64,000 bases of DNA from Eubacteriales bacterium (GCA_045545665.1 JAZQBL010000049.1:4631-68630); one strand, 5' to 3'. Shown: positions 17,495 to 27,184, counted from the first letter of the stretch. The notes: generated by a model not told the origin, from the sequence alone. Program-made: numbers and translations.

Positions 17495-19003
17495 ATGTTT
17501 AAAAGCGTTTTTACGAAGTATGTTGCGGCATTTATGCTTATAATTTTTGTAAGCTTTTTCATTTTGTCGGTCATACTCGTTTCAAATACAGCAAACAATT
17601 CCATCGGTATGAAGAGGGAATCGGTGCTTAATGCCGCCGAGGCGGTAAGTGAATTTATTTCGGGCAGGTATAACGATTCATCAACTGTCGACTTCGGCAG
17701 ATTCGTTTATTACGAAAATGTTGAAAACGATATATCCGTTCTTTTGGATACCGTTTCCGATGCTATCGGAGAGGATATGTTCGTTTTTATTACAGATGAA
17801 AACGGTGTCGTTTTGCTTGATGCAAACGCCCCAACTCTTACAGAGGGTACGATCCCGAAGGATGTTATGATAAAGCTTGATGCCGACGGCGTATACAGCA
17901 AGTATACGACGATGGGAAATTTCTTTGGGACAAAACACCTTGTTTGCGGTAAATCCGTTGAAAACTCCGACGGGGAAGTTGTCGGAACGGTTTTTGTGTG
18001 CAGTGAAAATGCAAGATATCAAAATCTCGTTTCAAAAACGATAAAAGCTATCGTCGTATCCGTTTTGTGGGTAATGCTTGCCGCACTTGTCGTCGTTTAC
18101 TTTATTTCCGAAAGAATAATTTTCCCGCTTAAAACAATGAGCGCGGCGGCGAAGGATTTTTCACAGGGAAAATTCGACGTGCGCGTTCCGATAACGGGTC
18201 ACGACGAGGTGGCAGAGCTTGCGTCGGCGTTTAACAATATGGCAACGACGCTTGAGAAAAACGAGGATATGCGTAAGACGTTTTTGGCAAACGTTTCGCA
18301 CGATCTCCGTACACCGATGACGGCGATATCGGGATTTGTTGAAGGAATGCTCTCCGGCGCCATTCCTCCGGAAAAACAGGAACACTACCTGCAGATAATA
18401 TCGACCGAGGTCAAACGTCTGTCAAGACTCGTTTCTTCCTTGCTTGATATATCGCGTTTACAGGCAGGCGACAGAAAGATCGTGAAAGAAAAATTCGATA
18501 TCTGCGAAATGGCAAGGCAGATAATAATATCGCTTGAGCAAAAGCTCGACAGCAAAAAGCTCGACGTTATGTTTGAATGTGACAGAGATAAGATGTTTGT
18601 CTTTGCAGACCGTGATACGATACACCAAGTCCTTTATAATATCTGCGATAACGCACAGAAGTTTTCGTATGAAAAAGGGAAATATATCGTCAGCATAGTC
18701 GAAAAAGATAAAAAAGTTTTCGTAAGTGTAAAAAACGAAGGACAGGGAATAGTAAAGGAAGAGCTTCCGTTTGTCTTTGACAGATTTTACAAGAGCGATA
18801 AGAGCAGAGGACTTGACAAAACAGGTGTCGGACTCGGACTTTATATAGTGAAAACCATAATTGATTCTCACGGCGAAGAAATATGGGTAAACAGTGTATA
18901 CGGCGAATATTGTGAATTCGTGTTTACACTTTCCTCATTCCAGGATAATCAAAACGGTACGACTCAGGATAAAAAACAGACGAAAAAATCGCTCCGCCGT
19001 TAA
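17495..19003 (+). CDS. sensor histidine kinase (2 TM, extracytoplasmic domain, HAMP, HisKA, HATPase_c)
   Basis: H-box FLANVSHDLRTPMT, N-box YNICDNAQKF, G-boxes DRFYKSD and GVGLGLYIVK. Confidence 0.93.
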   Translation: MFKSVFTKYVAAFMLIIFVSFFILSVILVSNTANNSIGMKRESVLNAAEAVSEFISGRYNDSSTVDFGRFVYYENVENDISVLLDTVSDAIGEDMFVFITDENGVVLLDANAPTLTEGTIPKDVMIKLDADGVYSKYTTMGNFFGTKHLVCGKSVENSDGEVVGTVFVCSENARYQNLVSKTIKAIVVSVLWVMLAALVVVYFISERIIFPLKTMSAAAKDFSQGKFDVRVPITGHDEVAELASAFNNMATTLEKNEDMRKTFLANVSHDLRTPMTAISGFVEGMLSGAIPPEKQEHYLQIISTEVKRLSRLVSSLLDISRLQAGDRKIVKEKFDICEMARQIIISLEQKLDSKKLDVMFECDRDKMFVFADRDTIHQVLYNICDNAQKFSYEKGKYIVSIVEKDKKVFVSVKNEGQGIVKEELPFVFDRFYKSDKSRGLDKTGVGLGLYIVKTIIDSHGEEIWVNSVYGEYCEFVFTLSSFQDNQNGTTQDKKQTKKSLRR

Positions 19004-19121
19004 AGTTTACAAACGAGCGATAAAAATTAAAATAACTGCACAGAGAATACACGATTTATTAAAACATAAAAGTTATACTTATAATAGGTGTTAACCAATA
19101 TGATAAAGGGGTAGTTCAGGC

Positions 19122-20252
19122 TTGAGGACCGAAAACAGTCAAAATCTGAAAGAAGAAAGCAAGGCATCGGTGTCGGTTTCTTCATATGGCGGATATCAGT
19201 ACAAAAAAGAATATGAAGAACTTATTCAGTCCAAAACAGCTGAAGAAAGTGTGCCGGTAAAAATAACGGTCGTCGTTGGGTTAGCCGTTTTGTTTACGGT
19301 GAGTGTCGTTGCAATAGCGGTTTTGCTGATCGTAAATACATTGCTCACTGCTCCGAAAATAAGTGTCGGTGCAACAGAGACGGAAAACAGTGCCGTATCT
19401 TTTGACAACACGGTACATCCCGGAACGTTAGCGGATCAAATAGGCGAGGTCGGCAGACGTTCAAAGGCAAAAATAAAAGCTTCCGGTTCGGAGCTTACCG
19501 GCTTTTTCATAACCTCAGACGGTTATATTGCCACAGTTAGCTCGCCGCTTCTTGAATCGGGTGATATCACAGTAAATGCGATAGATAAAAATATCAAAGC
19601 TAAGCTTGTGGGGATGGACGAAACAAGCGGTGTTGCAGTGCTTAAAGTGGATATGCAGTCGCTTTCCGCCATTGATTTCGGGTACGATGCCGGTATACGG
19701 GACGGTGACAGCGTTTACGTTGTAAGTGAACGTGGGGTCGCCTCGGGCAACATCTCATCAAACGGCGAGAAAGGTTTCAATGTCCGCGGTGTGGCTTTTG
19801 ATGATTCTATGCTCGGTGCCGCCGTGCTCAATTTAAACGGTATGGTCGTCGGTATCGTTACAAACGGCGATGCAAAGGAAATAAACGCACTTTCCTCGTC
19901 TGCTGTTATGCCTGCGATAAGGCAGTTTGTCAAGGATGAATTCCGCGTGGATTTTTCCTCCGACTGTCAATATACGGATCATCTCGGACTTACCGTTATT
20001 CCCGTGTCGGATGATGAATGTCAGCGCTTCGGTCTTCCTGACGGTATAATGATAGTTAAGGTCTCACCGTCGTCGAAGGGTGAAAGGATCGGTCTTTTGC
20101 CGACTGATATAATAATCGGTATCGACAGTGTCACTGTAAGCGACGTTGCTTCCTTTGAAAGTGTGCTTTCCGAACAGAGCGGAAGATCGGTAACGCTTCT
20201 CGTTTATCGAAACGAAAAGTACGTAAATATAAATCTCGACGTGGACGGTTAA
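19122..20252 (+). CDS. membrane-anchored HtrA/DegP-like trypsin-fold plus PDZ protein whose catalytic triad is not conserved
   Basis: TM helix at about aa 46-75. The protease-fold blocks GFFITSDGYIATVSSP, AKLVGMDETSGVAVLKV and DDSMLGAAVLNLNGMVVGI align to HtrA blocks GSGFII..DGYIVTNNHV, AKVVG.D..TDLAVLK and GNSGGPLVNLNGEVIGI. S, G and L stand in place of H, D and S. PDZ-like C-terminus. TTG start. Confidence 0.75.
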   Translation: MRTENSQNLKEESKASVSVSSYGGYQYKKEYEELIQSKTAEESVPVKITVVVGLAVLFTVSVVAIAVLLIVNTLLTAPKISVGATETENSAVSFDNTVHPGTLADQIGEVGRRSKAKIKASGSELTGFFITSDGYIATVSSPLLESGDITVNAIDKNIKAKLVGMDETSGVAVLKVDMQSLSAIDFGYDAGIRDGDSVYVVSERGVASGNISSNGEKGFNVRGVAFDDSMLGAAVLNLNGMVVGIVTNGDAKEINALSSSAVMPAIRQFVKDEFRVDFSSDCQYTDHLGLTVIPVSDDECQRFGLPDGIMIVKVSPSSKGERIGLLPTDIIIGIDSVTVSDVASFESVLSEQSGRSVTLLVYRNEKYVNINLDVDG

Positions 20253-20341
20253 AAAAGTCTATCCGCTTTGGTTTAAAAACTGTCACATTTAATTTCATAA
20301 AATATTTGCACCGCCGCTGTTGCGGCGGAATGGAGATCAAT

Positions 20342-20713
20342 ATGGGCGAAAGTATCGTGTCAAAAAAATTGAAATTTGGCGATGCTTTCGCCGCTTTGTT
20401 TGTTATAGCGCTTGCGTTTGCGATCTTTGCTTTTTTGCCGAAAAGCAACTCGGGAAATACAGTATACATAACAACTCAAAACCATAAATATGCGTATTCT
20501 GTATTCGATGACAGAGAAGTAAAGCTTTCCGAAAACGGAATAGATCTCACTGTCATAATATCAAACGGCGAGGTCTTTGTTGAAAGCTCCACCTGCCCGG
20601 ACGGAATATGTACATCTTCCGGTAAGCTCAGAAAAAACGGCTGTATCGTTTGTGTGCCTGCAAAGGTGATCATCGAATTGGATTCAGAGGAGGTGGACGC
20701 CGTTGCAGGATAA
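20342..20713 (+). CDS. NusG domain II-containing (DUF1312-type) membrane-anchored protein
   Basis: N-terminal TM, then ..LTVIISNGEVFVESSTCPDGICTSSGKLRKNGCIVCVPAKVII.., which is typical of NusG_II proteins. ATG 20342 follows GGAG. Confidence 0.75.
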   Translation: MGESIVSKKLKFGDAFAALFVIALAFAIFAFLPKSNSGNTVYITTQNHKYAYSVFDDREVKLSENGIDLTVIISNGEVFVESSTCPDGICTSSGKLRKNGCIVCVPAKVIIELDSEEVDAVAG

Positions 20714-21221
20714 GTATATAAAAAGAACGGCACAGTGCGGAATCCTTACCGCGCTTGCAATAGTTGTATCAACGTTTGAATCCTTACTGCCGATACAAGC
20801 CGTTATACCGCTGCCCGGATTGAAGCTCGGTATTGCGAATATCGTAACCGTCTACGCTCTTTATTATATAGGAAACAAAGAGGCTTTTATGGTTCTTCTG
20901 TGCAGATGCGCCGTCGTCGGTGTTTTGTTCGGAAATTTTACGTCATTTCTGTTTTCTTTATGTGGCGGAGCGCTTGCGTTTTTTACTATGCTTGCGATGA
21001 AAAAGCTCGGTGAAGAAAGATTTTCTTTTGTCGGTGTGTCAATATTCGGCGCGGCATCTCATAATACGGGTCAGATATTGGCATCGTGTGCCGTATTAAA
21101 AACAACAGGTACGCTTTATTATCTGCCGCCGCTTTTGATTGCATCCGTTGTGTGCGGTGCTGTTACCGGAACGGTGCTGTGCCTTTTACCTGAACCCAAA
21201 AACCTGAAAATAACAAAATGA
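20703..21221 (+). CDS. Gx transporter family protein (heptaprenyl-diphosphate-synthase-component-I-like, PF07456-type)
   Basis: Polytopic. The motifs TAQCGILTALAIVVSTFESLLP..PG.KLGIANIVT and ..GAASHNTGQIL.. recur in this family. TTG start after RBS GAGGAGG, overlapping the upstream gene. Confidence 0.7.
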   Translation: MQDKYIKRTAQCGILTALAIVVSTFESLLPIQAVIPLPGLKLGIANIVTVYALYYIGNKEAFMVLLCRCAVVGVLFGNFTSFLFSLCGGALAFFTMLAMKKLGEERFSFVGVSIFGAASHNTGQILASCAVLKTTGTLYYLPPLLIASVVCGAVTGTVLCLLPEPKNLKITK

Positions 21222-22210
21222 AAAAAATAATTTGTATTTTAATTGTGACTGCCGCACTTTTAAATTCGTGTGCCGTGCAGTATGATAACAGCTCGTATTT
21301 TGCACTTGATACGTTTATAACACTTAATATACCCGAAAAAAGCGACGTTGACGTTTACAGCATAATTAAACGTTATGAAAGCCTTTTGTCAAAGACAGAC
21401 GGTAATTCCGAAATATACAAGATGAATGAAAGTCCTGAATACGAAGCATCCGATGAAGTTACGGCACTTTTGAAATATGCGCTCGAAATATCCGAAAAAA
21501 CTTGCGGCGCATTTGATATAACGTGCGGTGAACTTATGTCCCTTTGGGATTTCAAAAAAGAAAATCCAAGTCTGCCAAGTGAAGATGAGATAAAAAAAGC
21601 ACTTTTTTATACGGGATATAAAAATCTCGCCTTTGACGGAAATAAAATAAAAAAGGACGAAAACATAAAGCTTGACCTCGGCGGTATTGCAAAGGGATAC
21701 ATAGCGGAAAAGTGCGTTGAGTACCTGCACGAAAACGAAGTGACGAGCGGCTTTTTGAATTTTGGCGGTAACATTGCAATAGTCGGCGAAAAGGAAAACG
21801 GCAAAGGCTGGAGCGTTGGTATAAAAGATCCTTTGAATACTTCATCGACTGTCGGAAATATCATACTTTCCGACGGATACGTTTCCGTATCGGGGGATTA
21901 TGAAAGATATTTTGAATACGAAGGAAAAAAATATCATCATATAATAGATACAAAAACGGGATATCCGGCTGAAACTGATATAATATCAACGGCGGTAATA
22001 TCAAAAGACGGAACGCTTGCGGATGCACTTTCAACAGCGCTGTTCGTTATGGGACTCGAAAGATCACTTGAATTTTACAAAGAAAAAACATACGATTTCG
22101 AAGCGGTGCTTATCAGCAAAAACGGCGAAATTTACATTACAGACGGCATAAAAGACCGATTTACTTTGACAAGTAATGATTATATATTGAAAACGGGGGA
22201 TGAAAAATGA
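21218..22210 (+). CDS. apbE: FAD:protein FMN transferase (ApbE family) lipoprotein
   Basis: Lipobox LLNSC. Also DLGGIAKGY, GGNIA..G and HHIIDTKTGYP, which are ApbE signatures. Confidence 0.9.
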   Translation: MKKIICILIVTAALLNSCAVQYDNSSYFALDTFITLNIPEKSDVDVYSIIKRYESLLSKTDGNSEIYKMNESPEYEASDEVTALLKYALEISEKTCGAFDITCGELMSLWDFKKENPSLPSEDEIKKALFYTGYKNLAFDGNKIKKDENIKLDLGGIAKGYIAEKCVEYLHENEVTSGFLNFGGNIAIVGEKENGKGWSVGIKDPLNTSSTVGNIILSDGYVSVSGDYERYFEYEGKKYHHIIDTKTGYPAETDIISTAVISKDGTLADALSTALFVMGLERSLEFYKEKTYDFEAVLISKNGEIYITDGIKDRFTLTSNDYILKTGDEK

Positions 22211-25200
22211 AGAAAATAATCACTTTTTTGCTTTCTTTTTCTATACTTCTTTCTTTTGTATCGTGTACAGATCCTGACAGCGGAGAGTCATCGTTCGACG
22301 TGAACGTAACACAACCGAACGAAGATACAAATAACACGGATTCCACGGATACAAACGAAGGTACACAGACGGAGTACGGCGAGGCGACGGAAGATGAAAT
22401 AACGTATCCTCCGCTTGAAGACCCCGAGGAAGATTCATTTTCAAATATAGTGTTCAAACAGGTGTACGGAACGGGATATAACATCGACACACCGATCTGC
22501 TGCAGCTTTATAGAGCTTTATAATATCTCGGCAAAAGATATAAATTTAGGAGCCCTGTCGCTTTATTATATGACAGACGGCGACACAGCCTATAAAAAAT
22601 ACGATTTTGAAAGCGATGCTGTAATAACGGCAGGCGGCAGATATCTTATAAAATGTGCCGACGCAATCGGTGAAAACAAAGAAAAGTACGATACGTCGTA
22701 TGAAGTCATAAGAATAGAATATTATGACGCTGTGTGGGATACAGTAATTGATAATAAAAGTGTGAAGCTTGCCATAGCCGACAAGTCCGCAGCACTTTCA
22801 CCGTCGGATGATATATCGAAAAATTCATCCGTATACTCGTATTTTATTGCAAAAGAAGGGGCAGATAGGTCTGACAGAAACGTAATTGACGGACTTTCAA
22901 AGCAAAAAGCGGCATACAGAAAGGAAAATACGATATCATCGGGTTTTAAGACTGTAAACTATTCAACGATGTCGTCTGCCGATATAGCCGACGTGCGCCC
23001 GCAGTATTCAGGCGGTGACCGCAATACGTATATTTCATCTCTCGGTGCAGGAGTTGATTTTTCACACGTCAGCGGATTTTACGATAAAGATTTTGAATTA
23101 ACGCTGACAGCGCCGAGCGGATATAAAATATACTATACGACAGACGGTTCAGACCCCCGTATATCGGGAAAAGAGTACACAGCACCTTTGAAAATATCCT
23201 CCCCCTCGTCAAGTATAGGATATCTTACAAATAAAAATTCCGTTCTTTTCAATATATCAAAACCCATTAAGAATACCGTAGGCGGTAACGTTATAAAGGC
23301 GTGTGCAAAAAAGGGAAGCACGACGTCTGTCGTTGATACCAATTCCTATTTTGTCATTCCGGGTGCAGAAGAGCTTTACAACGTACCGTTTGTATCGTTA
23401 AGCCTTGATAAAAACGATTTTGTCAGTACGGATAAAGGTATATACTATACCGTTATGAAAAATCCTTTTGCAAAAAAGGAAAGAAGGGTGTCGTATCTTG
23501 AGATGTTTGAGTCCGACGGAACGCTCGTTTCATCGTCATACGTAGAATTGGCGATGAACGGTAACGGCTCGCTCGGTATGGCATCAAAGTCGATGCGTAT
23601 ATATTTTAAATCGGATGCAGACCCGACGGTCGTAAATAACCCGTCAAAGCTCAAATACGATATCTTCGAGGGCAGGGCGCAAAACGGTGTTACAGAATAT
23701 AAAAGACTTATTTTGCGAAATTCGGGTAACGATTCAAGCCGTTCGCACCTGCGTGACGGACTTATTCAGACACTTTGCTCGGAAATGAACGTTTCAACTA
23801 TGGCGTACAGACCCTCGCTCGTTTTTGTAAACGGTGAATTCTGGGGCGTGTATAATATACGTGAAAGATTTGACAGTAAGTATTTCAAAGAACATTACGG
23901 AGTCAGTGAAGAAAATCTTGTTATGATCGAAGCACCTTCGCCTCTCACAACAGATTGGGACGTTGATGAACCGTACGTGCTCAATGAAGGACAGGCAGGG
24001 GATGAAATACCGTATCATCAGCTTGCTGACTACGTTATCGCAAACGATATGTCGAACGAAACACATTATAAATACGTGTCTGACCGTATGGATATAGACA
24101 GTTTTATCGACTTCTTTGTCTGCAGTATGTATATGTGTAATATCGACTGGCCTACGAATAACGTAAAGGTTTGGAGAAATAAATCCGAGTCCGACCCGTC
24201 GGGGCTTGATACAAAATGGCGGTACGTTATTTGCGATACCGATATGGGTATGGGACTTGAAGGCGATTACGATAAAAATATGTTTGCTCATGCGTTGAAC
24301 GATTCAACGGTGGCAGGCGGTATGATGTGCTCGCTTCTTGAAAACGAAAATTTCAAAAATCAGTTTGTCGAAAGATTTACATACGCTGCCGAAAAGGTGT
24401 TTACACCTTCAAAAGCTCTTAAGGTGTATGATGAATTTTATCAAGTTTTGCAAAATGTGATACAGCTCCATTTTGACCGCTGGCCGAGTGACGGCGGATC
24501 AATGAGCAGATGGAATTCCGAAACGTCATCCGTTAAGGAATTTATCGAAAAACGTCCCGAAAATGCACTGTCATCAATGAAGATGTATTTCGGTATCCAA
24601 CCGAATGCACTTACGGTAAACCTCGACCTTTCAATAGCTGATCTTTACATAAACGGACAGCAAATAACGTCGTCGGGATATAATAAGGTCTTTTCAAACG
24701 GTGAAAAGGTTACAGTAAAAATAGTTCCCAAACAGGGTTACGTGTTTAAAGGCATGAAGACCGTAACAGACGGCGGAGGAGAAAAAACGTATACAGAACA
24801 AAGTATCACGTTTGAAATGAACGACAGAATAACGGTCGTAGGACTCGTTGAAAAGTCGGACGTGCAAATAATACCGACGGTCCTTGCAGGCTCGCGCAGT
24901 ATTTTCGTGCTCGATAAAAAGGGTAATTTGTACGCCTGGGGCGAAAATGATATAAGACAGTGCGGTATCTGTATTACAAAAACCATAAGAAAACCGATAC
25001 TCATAATGTCGGGTGTCATTCAAGTGGAAATGAGCAGAGGAGGAACGGAAGGCGACGCACCTCTTACCGCAATACTGACGTCGTCGGGTGACGTTTATAC
25101 AGTCGGTAATAATTCCTCAGGACAGCTCGGACGAGACGGTGATGCAACTCTGCTTACGAAGATAAATACGAATATCAAGTTTAAAAAGGTGTCCGCAGGT

Positions 25201-25902
25201 CTTGATCATTTGTTATTGCTTTCGGAAAACGGCGACGTGTACGGATGCGGAAATAATTCCTACGGTCAGCTCGGGGCAAATAATTATAAAGGAAACGTCA
25301 CATCACTTACAAAAATAGCGCAAGGAGTATCCGATATTGCCGCAGGAAGACGTCATTCGCTTTATATAACGAACGGCGGAAAGCTGTACGCTTTGGGCGA
25401 TAACAGATGGACGAAAATTTCATCTTCCGCACCCGAGGTAATAACGACACCGTATTTGCTTGTAAATGATGCCGCAAAGGTCTATGCAGGACAGCATAAT
25501 TCACTTTATATAAATAAAAAAGGTGAGCTTTTCTATTTCGGATGGCGTGATCTTGCAACGTTTACATCAGGACAGTCAAACGGAAAAATGAATAAAATAG
25601 CCGATAAAGTCACCTCCGCATCTATTATGGACGAACATTTTGTGTATCTTACAAATGACGGAAGCATCTACGGCTTCGGACGTAATGATTACGGACAAAT
25701 ATCGGAGGATAAAAAGACGAGATCAACACCGTCACTTATCGCAACCAAATGTGTGTCTGCCTCTGCGGGAACGTACTATACGGCGTATATAACAGAGGGC
25801 GGAGAGGTTATCGTAAAAGGCTCAAATAAATCGGGAGTCATCGGTAACGGCTCTGTATCAAACAATTACACACCGCCGTATACGGCGATGAAAATATCAT
25901 AA
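22207..25902 (+). CDS. lipoprotein fusing a lamin-tail domain, a CHB_HEX_C/Fn3-associated module, a CotH kinase-like domain and an RCC1-repeat beta-propeller
   Basis: Lipobox LSFVSC. LTD (SFIELYNISAKDINLGALSLYY). YKIYYTTDGSDP. CotH blocks (SMRIYFKSD, LILRNSGNDSS, VFVNGEFWGVYNIRER). At least 6 RCC1-type repeats (GENDIRQCG, GNNSSGQLG, GNNSYGQLG, GRNDYGQIS ..). ATGA overlap with apbE. Confidence 0.85.
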   Translation: MKKIITFLLSFSILLSFVSCTDPDSGESSFDVNVTQPNEDTNNTDSTDTNEGTQTEYGEATEDEITYPPLEDPEEDSFSNIVFKQVYGTGYNIDTPICCSFIELYNISAKDINLGALSLYYMTDGDTAYKKYDFESDAVITAGGRYLIKCADAIGENKEKYDTSYEVIRIEYYDAVWDTVIDNKSVKLAIADKSAALSPSDDISKNSSVYSYFIAKEGADRSDRNVIDGLSKQKAAYRKENTISSGFKTVNYSTMSSADIADVRPQYSGGDRNTYISSLGAGVDFSHVSGFYDKDFELTLTAPSGYKIYYTTDGSDPRISGKEYTAPLKISSPSSSIGYLTNKNSVLFNISKPIKNTVGGNVIKACAKKGSTTSVVDTNSYFVIPGAEELYNVPFVSLSLDKNDFVSTDKGIYYTVMKNPFAKKERRVSYLEMFESDGTLVSSSYVELAMNGNGSLGMASKSMRIYFKSDADPTVVNNPSKLKYDIFEGRAQNGVTEYKRLILRNSGNDSSRSHLRDGLIQTLCSEMNVSTMAYRPSLVFVNGEFWGVYNIRERFDSKYFKEHYGVSEENLVMIEAPSPLTTDWDVDEPYVLNEGQAGDEIPYHQLADYVIANDMSNETHYKYVSDRMDIDSFIDFFVCSMYMCNIDWPTNNVKVWRNKSESDPSGLDTKWRYVICDTDMGMGLEGDYDKNMFAHALNDSTVAGGMMCSLLENENFKNQFVERFTYAAEKVFTPSKALKVYDEFYQVLQNVIQLHFDRWPSDGGSMSRWNSETSSVKEFIEKRPENALSSMKMYFGIQPNALTVNLDLSIADLYINGQQITSSGYNKVFSNGEKVTVKIVPKQGYVFKGMKTVTDGGGEKTYTEQSITFEMNDRITVVGLVEKSDVQIIPTVLAGSRSIFVLDKKGNLYAWGENDIRQCGICITKTIRKPILIMSGVIQVEMSRGGTEGDAPLTAILTSSGDVYTVGNNSSGQLGRDGDATLLTKINTNIKFKKVSAGLDHLLLLSENGDVYGCGNNSYGQLGANNYKGNVTSLTKIAQGVSDIAAGRRHSLYITNGGKLYALGDNRWTKISSSAPEVITTPYLLVNDAAKVYAGQHNSLYINKKGELFYFGWRDLATFTSGQSNGKMNKIADKVTSASIMDEHFVYLTNDGSIYGFGRNDYGQISEDKKTRSTPSLIATKCVSASAGTYYTAYITEGGEVIVKGSNKSGVIGNGSVSNNYTPPYTAMKIS

Positions 25903-25903
25903 A

Positions 25904-25945
25904 ACACAGCCGAGGAAGCTTTAAAGCGACCTCGGCTGTGTTTAT
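25904..25945 (+). terminator. probable terminator
   Basis: acacagccgagg / cctcggctgtgt 12-bp stem with a 14-nt loop and a weak T-run (TTTAT). Confidence 0.5.
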
Positions 25946-26048
25946 ACAGGTATGTATTAATTGAAAATTTACAATATATATTTACGGATATATTTATTAT
26001 ATGATAGTATTTATCGGTGCTAAATTAACAACAATATCAGGAGGAATT

Positions 26049-27077
26049 ATGAAATTAAAGAAATTATTATCGGTTATTATCTGCATTTTAATGCTGCTGT
26101 CTATAGCGGTGTCGGCAGGCGGTGTTGACGATGAAGACGACTATCCGGAACCGGAAAAGAGCGGTACATGCGGCGCAAATTTACAATGGACGATTGAAGA
26201 GGGTACAGCTACATTGGTAATATCCGGCACGGGAGATATGGACGCAGAGCCGTCTTTTAACAAATTTCCCACTTGTGTAACTGTTTGGAACGTCATAATT
26301 GAAAGCGGTGTTACAAGCATAGGAGAAAATGCATTTATATATTGTGAAGATATTAAATCAATAATGATTCCCGACAGCGTGACAAAAATAGCTAAAAACG
26401 CATTTGATAATTGCAACAATATTGAATCAATAACCGTGGATGCAGCTAATGAAAATTATTTAAGTGATGAACACGGTGTGCTGTTTGACAAAAACAAAAC
26501 AACACTTATTAAGTATCCGAGTAAAAGTGAAATAACGTCTTATACGATTCCCGACAGTGTTAAAATTATAGAAAGATTTGCGTTTAAAGACAGTGATAAT
26601 TTTACGTCGATAATTATCCCCGAGGGTGTTACCGATATAGGATACCAAGCGTTCAACAGCTGTTCAAATATTACGTCTGTTGAGATACCTAACAGTGTAA
26701 CGAAAATAAGCGACGAAGCGTTCAATTATTGCTCGATGATCACTGATATCTATTATGATGGCAATAAAGACCAATGGGATGATATTGATATAGAGTACGG
26801 AAACGATTACGTCAAAAAAGGGAAAATACATTACAGCGTAGTAGATGAAACCGAAGGTGAAAAAACATCCGGTATTACAGAGACTTCCGAAAATTCGCAA
26901 GATTCCGAAAAAATAAAAGAACCGGTCGTTACAAAAAACAGCGTTGATACGGATAATGGCGGTGAGCAAAAAGAAAACGGAATATCAAAATCATCGCTTA
27001 TAGTGATCGTAGCCGCTGTGGCACTCGTCTTATTCGGCGCAGTAAGCTTTATAGTTTATAAACGTAAGCGAGCATAA
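26049..27077 (+). CDS. BspA-type LRR surface protein with a C-terminal TM anchor
   Basis: Signal peptide. The CGANLQWTIEEGTATLVISGTGDM opening is typical of this family. Repeated I.IP.SVT.I...AF..C..I LRR_5 units. S/E-rich linker and a TM helix plus KRKRA. ATG 26049 follows RBS AGGAGG. Confidence 0.8.
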   Translation: MKLKKLLSVIICILMLLSIAVSAGGVDDEDDYPEPEKSGTCGANLQWTIEEGTATLVISGTGDMDAEPSFNKFPTCVTVWNVIIESGVTSIGENAFIYCEDIKSIMIPDSVTKIAKNAFDNCNNIESITVDAANENYLSDEHGVLFDKNKTTLIKYPSKSEITSYTIPDSVKIIERFAFKDSDNFTSIIIPEGVTDIGYQAFNSCSNITSVEIPNSVTKISDEAFNYCSMITDIYYDGNKDQWDDIDIEYGNDYVKKGKIHYSVVDETEGEKTSGITETSENSQDSEKIKEPVVTKNSVDTDNGGEQKENGISKSSLIVIVAAVALVLFGAVSFIVYKRKRA

Positions 27078-27099
27078 TTCTATAAAATATAACAGAATA

Positions 27100-27135
27100 T
27101 CCCAACCGATTGTAAAAATCAGTTGGGATTTTTTA
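27100..27135 (+). terminator. rho-independent terminator (for 26049-27077)
   Basis: tcccaac..gttggga stem followed by TTTTTTAT. Confidence 0.7.
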
Positions 27136-27136
27136 T

Positions 27137-27172
27137 ACAAAAAACCGACTCAAACGGAAATTTGAGTCGGTT
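27137..27172 (-). terminator. rho-independent terminator (for 27185-28345)
   Basis: The minus strand reads aaccgactcaaa-tttccg-tttgagtcggtt followed by TTTTTTGT. Confidence 0.7.
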
Positions 27173-27184
27173 AGGAAAATCTTA

